From a virus, in IMG/VR virus record IMGVR_UViG_3300045988_184153: DNA of 64,000 nucleotides; one strand, 5' to 3'. The notes under the pieces were generated by a model, which saw only the letters and a program-made list of their open reading frames with translations, was not told the DNA's origin and did not search any database. Of this stretch, positions 48,190 to 57,259 are shown in pieces; the stretch's first letter is position 1; each line of letters starts with the position of its first letter. The translations under genes were made by a program, and so were the position numbers.

Positions 48190-48816
48190 ATGATTATCGA
48201 AAACCAAGAAAAGCGTCAAGCTGGTATTGTGGTGATTACTGGAATTTCGGGTTCTGGTAAGACAACTTTATCAAAAATTTTTGATGATGAACACACGTTG
48301 ATTTCGTATACCACACGATCCCCACGACCCGGGGAGGTAGACGGAGTTGATTATTATTTTCTTTCAGAAGCTCAAGCAAAAGAACTGTCTGAGTCCAACT
48401 CGGTTTTTGAGGAAACAAAATTCCAAGAAAATCTTTACGGTGTTACGAAAGATGAGGTTGTATCGAAGACCGATAATTTCACCAATCACGCTGTATTAGT
48501 TGCAGATACGAATTTCTACTCACACGTATTTCAAGATCAGGGTGATCTGTATTACGAGTATGGTGGTTTACGTGTGAAGGTATACCCTGTTATTTTGAAT
48601 CTACCTATTGATGTTGCTATCGAGCGTATCAAATCTCGTGGTGGAGACGAAGAACAAATCAACGGTCGTATCGAACGAGTTCAACTCGAACAGGAACGGG
48701 TATCAACCATTCAAGACTTGTTCTGCTTGCCAGTTTTCAACGTTCTTCCTGACGTGTCACTCGATGGCAACGTCGAACGATTTGTTGAATTTTTGGATGA
48801 AACGTACAATATCTAA
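48190..48816 (+). CDS. gmk: Guanylate kinase (Gmk-like), 208 aa
   Basis: GISGSGKTT P-loop. SYTTRSPRPGEVDGVDYYF signature. FEE..F.ENLYGVTK. Lid region RIKSRGGDEEQINGRIE. Strong SD AGAAAGAAGGGAGGTAA. Confidence 0.8.
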   Translation: MIIENQEKRQAGIVVITGISGSGKTTLSKIFDDEHTLISYTTRSPRPGEVDGVDYYFLSEAQAKELSESNSVFEETKFQENLYGVTKDEVVSKTDNFTNHAVLVADTNFYSHVFQDQGDLYYEYGGLRVKVYPVILNLPIDVAIERIKSRGGDEEQINGRIERVQLEQERVSTIQDLFCLPVFNVLPDVSLDGNVERFVEFLDETYNI

Positions 48817-48908
48817 AAAAGAAGAGTGAATATTTCACTCTTCTTTTATAATTTAAGAAAAAAATATTTTACTGAATTATTTTCAGTTAGAAAAGAAGGA
48901 AATTTATA

Positions 48909-50336
48909 ATGAAAAGAACTGATGAACCAACAAAGAGCCAATCTTTGGAAGGTAAGTTTTATTTAAAAGCAGTAGCTAAACTTTTATCTGAAAAACCGGA
49001 AGATATCTCAGTTATTGATTTGGGTGGATCTTTATTCAATTCTCGTGTTGCTTACTACGATGATAGCACAAAAACGATTTATTTAATCGAATCATCTGAT
49101 GGTGGAATCAATCTAATCAATATAAAGATGATGAAAGAAAAACTTGAAAAACCACTGAATATTTACAACCTAATACCTGTAACTGCTTCAGTGAAGATTC
49201 AACAAAATGAGGATGAATTTAAAAGATTACTGTTTAATTCTATCAGAAAAGATTTTGAAGATTCAACCTTATCTGATAATTTAAAAAAGGATGACTTTGT
49301 TCCTTTTGTAAAAAATTACCTAAAATCAATAAATATTAAAGGTGATGAGGGATACAAATCGATTTTGTTCTTATTGGAACTCGGATTGAAAGCAAAAGAT
49401 GTCCGAAAAAGTGAAAATTTTATGAAATACTTACAAAAAGTTACACTGGAACAATTTGGTTACTTAAAAGAAAATCCTTTGGATAATAGATTCTTCTTCC
49501 CATCTATCTTAATTTTGTTTGAGATTGACGATATTGTGAGTGGCAATTTACCAGACGAGGTAGTTAAGTTTGTTGAAAAATCTGGGATCAAAAAACTTGT
49601 GGAGAGTGATTGGTTTGGTATTGACATCCAACTAAACTTTATCTTGAAGGAGATGACACAGCTTGGATATTTGAAGAAGAAATATTTTTCTAATAATCCG
49701 GAACGTGTTATTTTAACAGAAAAAGCTACAAAGTACCTCAATACAGCTGAAAAATATGAGTTGATGGATTACAACTTTTTGAAAGAATCACCATTTTATC
49801 GCAGTGATATTTACACTTTTTTTAATAAGAAAGAAGAGTTACCGGATATTTTTTATAAATTCTTCAAAGAAGAAAAGAAAATTTTGGGGAAAAATCGTTG
49901 TATTAGATGTTGCGATTATTTCAGTAAAGAAAACAAATCCTTATCGCTCCTTGAATTACACAAGAAAAAGATTTTCAGTGTAACCTTTGATTATGAGGAA
50001 GGAAATCCACTAAACGAAAGCGGAGCTCTTTCTGAAGTATATCTTAAAGAAAATGTACTATCAAAACTTAAGGATAAAGGCGCTGTATTTTCGGACGTGT
50101 TAAAGAAATATTACGAGTTGATTTCTAACGAATACATTGACTTTTTCCTTTATAAGTATGATCAGAGTGATCTTCGTGATATGATTAATGGACTTATCGA
50201 GGAAGCCAAGTCTGACTTGCGAGAGGAATTAGAAAAAGAATTTTCTTTAGAACGTGAAGAATTTGAACGAATTATTGAAAATAAGAATGATGAGATTTTT
50301 TACTTGACTCAAGAAATTGATGATCTTCGAGATTAA
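48909..50336 (+). CDS. Hypothetical protein (475 aa)
   Basis: ORF track. Canonical cassette (ACTGAATTATTTTCAGT). Terminator at 50359-50381. Confidence 0.7.
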   Translation: MKRTDEPTKSQSLEGKFYLKAVAKLLSEKPEDISVIDLGGSLFNSRVAYYDDSTKTIYLIESSDGGINLINIKMMKEKLEKPLNIYNLIPVTASVKIQQNEDEFKRLLFNSIRKDFEDSTLSDNLKKDDFVPFVKNYLKSINIKGDEGYKSILFLLELGLKAKDVRKSENFMKYLQKVTLEQFGYLKENPLDNRFFFPSILILFEIDDIVSGNLPDEVVKFVEKSGIKKLVESDWFGIDIQLNFILKEMTQLGYLKKKYFSNNPERVILTEKATKYLNTAEKYELMDYNFLKESPFYRSDIYTFFNKKEELPDIFYKFFKEEKKILGKNRCIRCCDYFSKENKSLSLLELHKKKIFSVTFDYEEGNPLNESGALSEVYLKENVLSKLKDKGAVFSDVLKKYYELISNEYIDFFLYKYDQSDLRDMINGLIEEAKSDLREELEKEFSLEREEFERIIENKNDEIFYLTQEIDDLRD

Positions 50337-50358
50337 GCATAAAAGTAATAGCTTATAA

Positions 50359-50381
50359 AAAGAGGAATAAACCTCTTTTTA
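50359..50381 (+). terminator. Rho-independent terminator
   Basis: AAGAGGAATAAACCTCTT followed by TTTATTTTTTTT. Confidence 0.75.
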
Positions 50382-50475
50382 TTTTTTTTGCTTTAGTTTT
50401 TTTATTTCTATATATTTTACAAAATAAAATAAATCCAAACATTTATGTTTGGTCGAACAGAAGGATAAACAAAAA

Positions 50476-50508
50476 AACAATCCCTGGGTTAGGGGTTGTT
50501 TTTTTTGC
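50476..50508 (+). terminator. Hairpin plus T8 with loop CCTGGGTTAGG; upstream twin of 50985-51018
   Basis: AACAATCCCTGGGTTAGGGGTTGTT followed by TTTTTTTT. Confidence 0.65.
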
Positions 50509-50586
50509 GCTCTGTTTTATTAGATTCTATAATTATTACAAATAATAAAAAACACCTGATTCAATCAGGAAAGAAGGAGAAATAAA

Positions 50587-50952
50587 ATGAAAAAAACTAT
50601 AAAGCTTGGTCTAACTGACCGACACGCTGACGGAATGCCTGCCCTTGACGGGTACGTATTCCCATCAGTTATTAATGATGTAACTGATGTCAAAGCAATG
50701 GACAAGATGGCAGCTGAAGCTATCTTGCCATTACTCCAATTTAAAAAAGTTGCTAAGGAGGCCTTAGCAAACGCTGATATGGGCGACCAAGTCCTATGGC
50801 AATCTGATAAAGGGATTGACCTATACGTGACTGGGCTTACGTCCCTCACAGCTGCTGTTATCAAGTTGGCAGCTTACGAGGGTATTGCCCTAACTTTGTG
50901 GCACTTTGACCGTGCTACAAATACATACTTCCCACAAGTTATTTTTAAATAA
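50587..50952 (+). CDS. Hypothetical protein (121 aa) in a markedly GC-richer segment (about 43% GC against about 28% background); likely horizontally acquired
   Basis: ORF track. Cassette TATAATTATTACAAATAATAAAAAACACCTGATTCAATCAGGAAAGAAGGAG. Composition contrast visible by eye. The antisense ORF 50565..50864 was rejected. Confidence 0.6.
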   Translation: MKKTIKLGLTDRHADGMPALDGYVFPSVINDVTDVKAMDKMAAEAILPLLQFKKVAKEALANADMGDQVLWQSDKGIDLYVTGLTSLTAAVIKLAAYEGIALTLWHFDRATNTYFPQVIFK

Positions 50953-50984
50953 TTGTGGGGAGTATATCTTATCTTGCAAGATTA

Positions 50985-51018
50985 AAATCGACTCCTGGGT
51001 TAGGAGTTGATTTTTTTA
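50985..51018 (+). terminator. Hairpin plus T7 with loop CCTGGGTTAGG; downstream twin of 50476-50508
   Basis: AATCGACTCCTGGGTTAGGAGTTGATT followed by TTTTTTT. Also the palindrome ATCTTGCAAGAT at 50969-50980. Confidence 0.65.
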
Positions 51019-51063
51019 TATTTTAAAAACAAAAAAGGAGTTTTTAAAACCCCTTTTTCTTTA

Positions 51064-53058
51064 TTAAATCCAGTGAGAATATACATTCTCAATCAAATCC
51101 AGGTAAGCCTGTTTGTTGAGATTCTTTGGTAGTTCTTCTGGAAGTTTATCGTTATAGAGTGTAACTGGAGATTCAGGTACGTTTATTACCTTGTTAAGTT
51201 GACCAGTTTTCATATTATAACTCTGAACTCGTTCGCCAGATTCGGTTAGCAGGAATCGATTGATACGAGGTGCTAACTTCAAATTAAAAACAGTTCTAGT
51301 TTCTCGTTGCGCTTTTGATACAAATGCAAATTCTGAAACATTTCCAGATTTGATTTCTTTCTCTAACAAATCAAGCAACTCTTCCTCCGGATTCAAAAGT
51401 TTTTGTAGAATAACTTTATCAACAACCCGAGGTTTTGTTCCGAGTTTTTTGAGGTTTGAAAGTTGATGGTGAACTAGATCATCGCCTTTAGCCTCAACCA
51501 AGACACCATCGTTTACTAGGATACGATCATTATCTGATTTTGCAATATACAAGTCAATCATTTCAGATCCAATCTTCATACCCCAGAACTCTTCCCATTC
51601 ACGAACAACACTTGTGATATCTTTCTCAGAAGTCCAAAACACACCATCTGTGTTAGCACTCCAAACTTCACCACCTGCACGCAGGATACGTGTCACTAGG
51701 TTAAATAGAAGAATTTGAAGGATGATACGTCCTTGAATCATACCGATTGGGTTGTAGATTGGTGTTCCGTTACGGTCTGCATTTCCGGTAGGTTCGTTAG
51801 TTGCTAATTTGCTTGACTCAACACCTTCATTAATTACAGTCACGAGATCTGAAATTGTTTTAACAGATTCTTCGATATCGATACCAAAATCTTTAATCTG
51901 CTCTTTTAGCTCAAACAAATCCAGGAATCCTTCGCTATTCGCTTTATCGATAAGTTTCTTTGCTTTTTTGTAGGCAAACTTATCCTCTTTGTATCCACGA
52001 TAAATTCCGGCGATTTCAGGACTGAAGATGTCCTTCGCTAGAATAATTTCAGTATAAGCGCCTTCCACGTCATCGTGATGAACATTTTTCTTACGGACAC
52101 AAACGGTGTCTAGTCGTTTAGTATGTAAGCCACCACCGGAAGATGAAATTTCCAATTTATTATCAATTGTAAATTTATAGCTTGGGAAAGAAACTTCTTT
52201 GAAAACCTTTTCAGCTTCGAAAATGTGTCCACCTGAAGCAATAATTTCCAAGTATTTATCCATCGCAGCTTCCATCTCAGCTTGATAACGCTTCAACTCT
52301 TCCTTCCAGCCGTCAGGAATAAAATCCAATACGTTGCGACCATTAAATTGCCAGTCAAACTTCTTATCCTTGTGGTTTTTGAATTGTCCGTTGCGTGTGA
52401 TACCTTCAGTTGCTAATTGAGCTCCAGTTTTAGAAAATAGGTGTTCTTTTCCATCAAGGTATCGGTCAATCATTGCAAGATGTTGTTTGTAACCCGCTGT
52501 AATATAAGGATGTTTAAATACAACCTTCATATTTGAAGAACGGTTCATTGAATAAAGAACAACTTTTAAAAGTTTTTCTTCGTTCAACTTTTTCTTTGTC
52601 TTCAAATATACATCAGGTTCAGAAATTGATAACCCCATACGACCAGCAACCTCCTCTAGGGTTGTGCCTTGTTGTAATAAGTTTGCAATATCAAAGAAAC
52701 CGTATGTTTGTTTTGGAGCCGGTGTTAGTTTCCAAGGTTTTACACGTTTAACAGTGAGTTGATTGTGCAACCAATCAATATCACTTTGATTTTTTCCTTG
52801 AGAAACAAGTGGCAAAATGTAAGAATCTAGGAACTTACCATTCCAGAAAACTACACGTTTGTTGTACAGGTAATTGTACAAGGCTTTGGAGTCTAAATAT
52901 TTAGCTCCGTTCTTGTAAATCTCCGCTTGTTTAATTTTTCCACCAATTACAGACACGTACTTCTCATCTGAATCAAGTTCAGAAAATGTTGTGACTGTAT
53001 GATGTTTCAGTAGAATGATATCTACAAAAATAATTGGTTTGTTAATGTCTTTAGCCAT
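51064..53058 (-). CDS. Divergent family-B-like DNA polymerase / nucleotidyltransferase candidate (664 aa)
   Basis: My tentative motif reading, in PolB order: Exo II-like FWNGKFLDSYIL; motif A-like HDDVEGAYTEII; motif B-like KLIDKANSEGF; motif C-like SANTDGVFW. Canonical Exo I DxE is absent (FVDIIL). Motif C has N in place of the first D. The assignment is weak. Confidence 0.35.
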   Translation of the reverse strand: MAKDINKPIIFVDIILLKHHTVTTFSELDSDEKYVSVIGGKIKQAEIYKNGAKYLDSKALYNYLYNKRVVFWNGKFLDSYILPLVSQGKNQSDIDWLHNQLTVKRVKPWKLTPAPKQTYGFFDIANLLQQGTTLEEVAGRMGLSISEPDVYLKTKKKLNEEKLLKVVLYSMNRSSNMKVVFKHPYITAGYKQHLAMIDRYLDGKEHLFSKTGAQLATEGITRNGQFKNHKDKKFDWQFNGRNVLDFIPDGWKEELKRYQAEMEAAMDKYLEIIASGGHIFEAEKVFKEVSFPSYKFTIDNKLEISSSGGGLHTKRLDTVCVRKKNVHHDDVEGAYTEIILAKDIFSPEIAGIYRGYKEDKFAYKKAKKLIDKANSEGFLDLFELKEQIKDFGIDIEESVKTISDLVTVINEGVESSKLATNEPTGNADRNGTPIYNPIGMIQGRIILQILLFNLVTRILRAGGEVWSANTDGVFWTSEKDITSVVREWEEFWGMKIGSEMIDLYIAKSDNDRILVNDGVLVEAKGDDLVHHQLSNLKKLGTKPRVVDKVILQKLLNPEEELLDLLEKEIKSGNVSEFAFVSKAQRETRTVFNLKLAPRINRFLLTESGERVQSYNMKTGQLNKVINVPESPVTLYNDKLPEELPKNLNKQAYLDLIENVYSHWI

Positions 53059-53154
53059 AATAGCTACCTTCTTTCTATCTCTAGCTTTGCTAGGAATTTT
53101 TTATTAAATTATAAGAAAAATAAAAAGAATAGAGGCATAACTCTCTATTCTTTT

Positions 53155-54198
53155 TTAAAAAGGAAGAATACTATCCATTTCTTCTAATATTTCAGAAACA
53201 ATCTGAATAACCCTATTTTTTTGTTCAGGATCGCATTTTAATTGAAACATATTTATTAATTTCAGCATTGAATCATTGTCTAACAATCCAGATTTTAATT
53301 CTTCATCACTTATAAGCCAAATCGGTTGGCTACCAGATAGAAAATCTTTAAATTCAAAGCGATCATCAGAAAGTAAAATTTTTTTGTAAAATTCTTCAAA
53401 ATCTTCCTTTGCTTTTTGAGCATAATATTTTAAAATATTTTCATAACCTTCACCACGAGGATCGATTAACATCTGGATTAAATTTTTATTCATCCAACTT
53501 GTTGAAAAATCCTTGGTTGATAGTTTTATATTATGCTGACCAACTTTAGAAGAATCTCTTGTATGATAAAGTGATAGTTTACTATCTGAATCAATATAAA
53601 ATTCTATTTTGTTAGAACCTAAATTTGAGTCTAAATCCAATTGATTAAAAATTGATAATTTTTTTGTGAGGTATTGTGAAATTCTCTTGATAGTTTCTTC
53701 TCTATCAAGTTCAACACTAGGCTTTCTGGTATTAATAAGGTTATTAAAAATATACGCCGTTTCAACCTCAAGTTTCCTAATATTTTTTGTTAAAAACAGA
53801 TACATTTTTTTGTTAATATCCTGTGGAACTCCTGTAATATTTAATTTCGTGATTTCCAATAGATATCTATGTTCTCTACCAAATTTACCACCAGGTTTGA
53901 AATTTGTTTTTGAATCAAAAAATCTATAATCAATATCAAAAACTAAATTTTCGAGTATCTCGTCGTGTTGAATGATGAGGTGAGGATTGTTTGCGAACAA
54001 ACGAATATCTCTATTATTACTATTAGTTTTAAATTTCGACTTAATTTCGCACAAAACTTTTTTTATTAGTAAATTAAATTTTGCGTCCTCTCTTAAACTT
54101 TCAATAAATTCAGTTATATCAGATTTTGCTAGATTTTTTGCAGCATTCATCAAATTAATAATTTGATTATTGTTTTCTTCTTTTGTTTTTACTACCAT
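53155..54198 (-). CDS. Hypothetical protein, about 320-aa paralog family member (347 aa), starts MVVKTKEE
   Basis: Family blocks NRDIRLFANNPHLIIQHDEILENLVFDIDY and C-terminal DPEQKNRVIQIVSEILEEM. Cassette on the minus strand. Confidence 0.7.
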   Translation of the reverse strand: MVVKTKEENNNQIINLMNAAKNLAKSDITEFIESLREDAKFNLLIKKVLCEIKSKFKTNSNNRDIRLFANNPHLIIQHDEILENLVFDIDYRFFDSKTNFKPGGKFGREHRYLLEITKLNITGVPQDINKKMYLFLTKNIRKLEVETAYIFNNLINTRKPSVELDREETIKRISQYLTKKLSIFNQLDLDSNLGSNKIEFYIDSDSKLSLYHTRDSSKVGQHNIKLSTKDFSTSWMNKNLIQMLIDPRGEGYENILKYYAQKAKEDFEEFYKKILLSDDRFEFKDFLSGSQPIWLISDEELKSGLLDNDSMLKLINMFQLKCDPEQKNRVIQIVSEILEEMDSILPF

Positions 54199-54266
54199 AA
54201 TTTCCTTCTTTCTAAAAATTCTATTTTTAAAAATTATAAGAAAAAGAGTAAGTAATTGAAAATTAC

Positions 54267-55286
54267 CTACTCTTGTAATAATCTGGATACAGCCTCCGCA
54301 AATCTTTTTCTCTGTTCAGGATCCTTTTCGTACTGGATTAGAGATTTCAAATGATCGAATGCGCCATATTTTTTGATTTCATCCTCTAACTTTCCTTCAC
54401 TTAAAATTCCAAGTCCGTACTGTCCATTTTTAACATTATTAAGGGTGAAATTATTCCCCTCTAATAATAATTTTGACAAGTAGTTTTTGGCCTCTTGTTT
54501 GATTATCTTAGCGTAATAGATAACGATATCGTCATAAGAATCTCCATACCTGTCGTCCAACATTTTAATATAGGATGTTCTTAAAAACAATGAACTTCTT
54601 AAAGACAAAGATAAATCTATATATCCGAAAAATGTATTCTCTGGTGTGTGGGATTCGGTGACATTTCCTAAATTTCCATCGCTATCAACAAACAAGATGA
54701 AGGCGTTTGATATTGCTTCGTTTCCAATTAATATCTTTAAAGATGACAACTCTGTTTTGATACTTTTAGATACGAACGAAATGACGTCATCATTGGTTAT
54801 ATCTTTATCCGGCTCATCACCGAATGGATTGTTATTAATATCTATTTTCTTTATAATAGAAACTTTTTTCTTTGCCATTTCAATCCGTTTTTCAAGAGAT
54901 AAATTCATTTTCTTATTGATGTTTGATGGAATATTACCCACTAAAAGATTTTTGACCAAAATTGTTTCGTAAGTATCATTACTCCAGGGAGATGATATAA
55001 TAGAATACGGTCCGTCTTCAAAGTCACAAGAAAATTCAAGGTTATCCACAATATTTTCATATTCTAGAATAAGATGATGATTATTCGCCAATAAACGAAC
55101 ATCCCTATTTCTTGAATTTGTTTTTAAAGATGAACGTAAGTATTTCAAAATATCATCAATGGCATTATTAAACAACTCGTGATCAAGTAAATCTTCGTAA
55201 ATTTCCTCAACAGTCTTATTGGCAAGATTCTTCATCCTATTAACCAAATTGATAAAGTTCGTTTCATCTTTGGTAGTCTTTACCAT
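54267..55286 (-). CDS. Hypothetical protein, about 320-aa family member (339 aa), starts MVKTTKDE
   Basis: NRDVRLLANNHHLILEYENIVDNLEF and C-terminal DPEQRKRFAEAVSRLLQE. Cassette at 55287-55343. Confidence 0.7.
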   Translation of the reverse strand: MVKTTKDETNFINLVNRMKNLANKTVEEIYEDLLDHELFNNAIDDILKYLRSSLKTNSRNRDVRLLANNHHLILEYENIVDNLEFSCDFEDGPYSIISSPWSNDTYETILVKNLLVGNIPSNINKKMNLSLEKRIEMAKKKVSIIKKIDINNNPFGDEPDKDITNDDVISFVSKSIKTELSSLKILIGNEAISNAFILFVDSDGNLGNVTESHTPENTFFGYIDLSLSLRSSLFLRTSYIKMLDDRYGDSYDDIVIYYAKIIKQEAKNYLSKLLLEGNNFTLNNVKNGQYGLGILSEGKLEDEIKKYGAFDHLKSLIQYEKDPEQRKRFAEAVSRLLQE

Positions 55287-55343
55287 TTTTTCACCTTCTT
55301 TCTAAAACTATTACAGTTTTCAAATATTTCTTAAATTATAACA
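55287..55343 (-). promoter_or_regulatory. Promoter/5'UTR cassette (minus strand) for 54267..55286, directly abutting the 3' flank of the tnpB-like gene
   Basis: Reverse complement reads TGTTATAATTTAAGAAATATTTGAAAACTGTAATAGTTTTAGAAAGAAGGTGAAAAA-ATG. Confidence 0.65.
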
Positions 55344-55597
55344 GAACTGACCGACATTGATGTGGTACAAGAATTATGAAATATTGTCTACTCCGTAATT
55401 CAAGATTTTTTTTCGTCCGTGACCACAATGACTATTTCATCTTGAAGCAGATGAATATTCTAATTTCATTATCTTATCTGTTTCACCACAGAGGAATTGC
55501 AACATCAAAGACGATGAAAAGTTATTTTAATTTGAATTTCCACACAGAGCCAGACGTCAATCACTTGGTCTTATTCTGGTTAAGTGGAAATACTATG

Positions 55598-56950
55598 TTA
55601 TTTTATTTTATCTGTTAAAGACATACCTCTTCGAGCAATAACATAAGAGGCTCCTGAATGTATGTTTAATTTCATTTTAGGACAATATTTTTGTTTTGCA
55701 ATCCAACTAGTCCAAGCAGGATTAACCTTATGTAAGAAGATTTTATTTTTAACGCATTTAGAAGTTATGATAGAATCAAATTTAGAGTAAGCGAGAGATG
55801 ATAACATCTCATTATACTTCATACCCTTTTTACTAATTAAGTCATCTTTCTTTTTGTTAAAATTAAGTTTTTCTATAACTAAATCTTTTCCGGATTTTAA
55901 ACAATAATCTTTTAATTTAGTTGCTATATATTGAAAATCGATTATTGTTTGATTGCCTTTGCCATATTTATAATATATATTAAAATTATTTATTAGATTA
56001 CCATATTTATCGGTTTCACTAACTGAAACAAAACCCTTGTTAAAATCAACCCCCACCACACCATAACTATTTCTAGTAATACATAAATCCTTATTATGTT
56101 TAAAGTTGTACATAATTTGAAGAAATACTCTATTGTCTTTAATCTTAATTCTATAAGTTAAGGCACTTTCTTTTGTTTTAAGTAGATTCTTCAATAAATT
56201 AGTATAACTTTTATTATTGAAATAAAATTTTCCGTAAACAAATTTGTCATTTTCTAAGTCAATTTCTTTTCTAATTTTAAAATAGAATTGATTTGTTTTC
56301 GAACTGTATTTAACTTGAAAATTGTTATTACAGGTAATATCACCAGATCTACCTATAAAATAGATTTCGCTATCTCGCCTCTTAACAAATTCTTTATAAT
56401 CTTTTTGTAATAATTTTTTAGTTCCAAAACAAACTTTATATTTACCTGTTTTAATTTCATTTAAAATATTGTTTAGCTTTTGTTTCTTAGTATTTAACCT
56501 GTTTTGTTTCCAGTAAATTTTAATTTTTAGATTTTTATATTTAGTAGAATTGAAAGCGCTAGGATTGTTTTTTAAATCGATTCTTTGTAGAGCTCTTTCA
56601 TCTTTTAATTTAATAATCTCTTTTTCAAGATTGTGTATTTTTCTTTCTAAACTCTTTCTTTCAAAATTTTTTAATTCTTTAATAGATTCATATCGACCAA
56701 ACATATTACTCAATATTGCGTCTACCGCTCTACTTGTCAGGTTAAACTCCTCTTTTAATTGAGCGTGAATAATATTTTTATCCTTTTGAGTGACCCTACC
56801 GCTCTTTATATAATAATTTTTAATTCTATGGAAGGTTAATCGTTGAATTTTATTGAACAGTTCAATGTAATCAGAAATGTATTTTCCAACCAACTGATTG
56901 TATTCCCTATTTATTTTTAATTCAGTTGTTATCGTAAATACATTACTCAT
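55598..56950 (-). CDS. TnpB-like protein (450 aa) with degenerate zinc finger and His in place of the RuvC-III Asp; possibly nuclease-impaired
   Basis: RuvC-I-like GVVGVDFNKG. RuvC-II-like DLVIEKLNF. DPAYTSQ-like VNPAWTSWIAKQKYCPKM, with only one Cys where the CxxC...CxxC finger should be. C-terminal NIHSGASYVIARRG aligns to nADxNAAxNIarrG with D replaced by H. Long coiled-coil insertion in the N-terminal half. Own TAAGGAG RBS, not the standard cassette. Confidence 0.6.
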   Translation of the reverse strand: MSNVFTITTELKINREYNQLVGKYISDYIELFNKIQRLTFHRIKNYYIKSGRVTQKDKNIIHAQLKEEFNLTSRAVDAILSNMFGRYESIKELKNFERKSLERKIHNLEKEIIKLKDERALQRIDLKNNPSAFNSTKYKNLKIKIYWKQNRLNTKKQKLNNILNEIKTGKYKVCFGTKKLLQKDYKEFVKRRDSEIYFIGRSGDITCNNNFQVKYSSKTNQFYFKIRKEIDLENDKFVYGKFYFNNKSYTNLLKNLLKTKESALTYRIKIKDNRVFLQIMYNFKHNKDLCITRNSYGVVGVDFNKGFVSVSETDKYGNLINNFNIYYKYGKGNQTIIDFQYIATKLKDYCLKSGKDLVIEKLNFNKKKDDLISKKGMKYNEMLSSLAYSKFDSIITSKCVKNKIFLHKVNPAWTSWIAKQKYCPKMKLNIHSGASYVIARRGMSLTDKIK

Positions 56951-57169
56951 TATTTAATAACTCCTTATTCCTTTTTTATCTAAAACATAACTATATCTTT
57001 CAAAAGATATAATACATTTGTTATCACATTTTTTGACTGCTTGATAAAAACTTAAAATGAATCAACAAATTTATTGATTGTATAATGGTTTTATTTATAT
57101 TCTTTTTTTTGTAAAAAATATTTTCCCTTTTATATCATATTATAAATAAATAATATAAAAAAGTCAAAT

Positions 57170-57214
57170 AAACTATGTAGAATAATTTAAATACATAATC
57201 ATTCTACATAGTTT
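57170..57214. terminator. Perfect 14-bp-arm palindrome (AAACTATGTAGAAT ... ATTCTACATAGTTT) with flanking T-runs; terminator of 57260..58219 within a 310-bp AT-rich non-coding region
   Basis: Direct reading. Confidence 0.6.
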
Positions 57215-57259
57215 ATTTATATTTATTTTTCGGTCTGTTAAAAACTTAAATTGATATAG

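Noticed and set aside
50565-50864. ORF 50565..50864 (-) overlapping 50587..50952
   Set aside because: The + strand ORF has the cassette and SD and is longer. The minus ORF has no RBS and arises from GC-rich sequence being open in several frames.
55376-55618. ORF 55376..55618 (+) in the tnpB-like 3' flank
   Set aside because: It has no RBS and lies where an omega-RNA-type structured RNA is expected. Several shorter hairpin-prone segments cross it.
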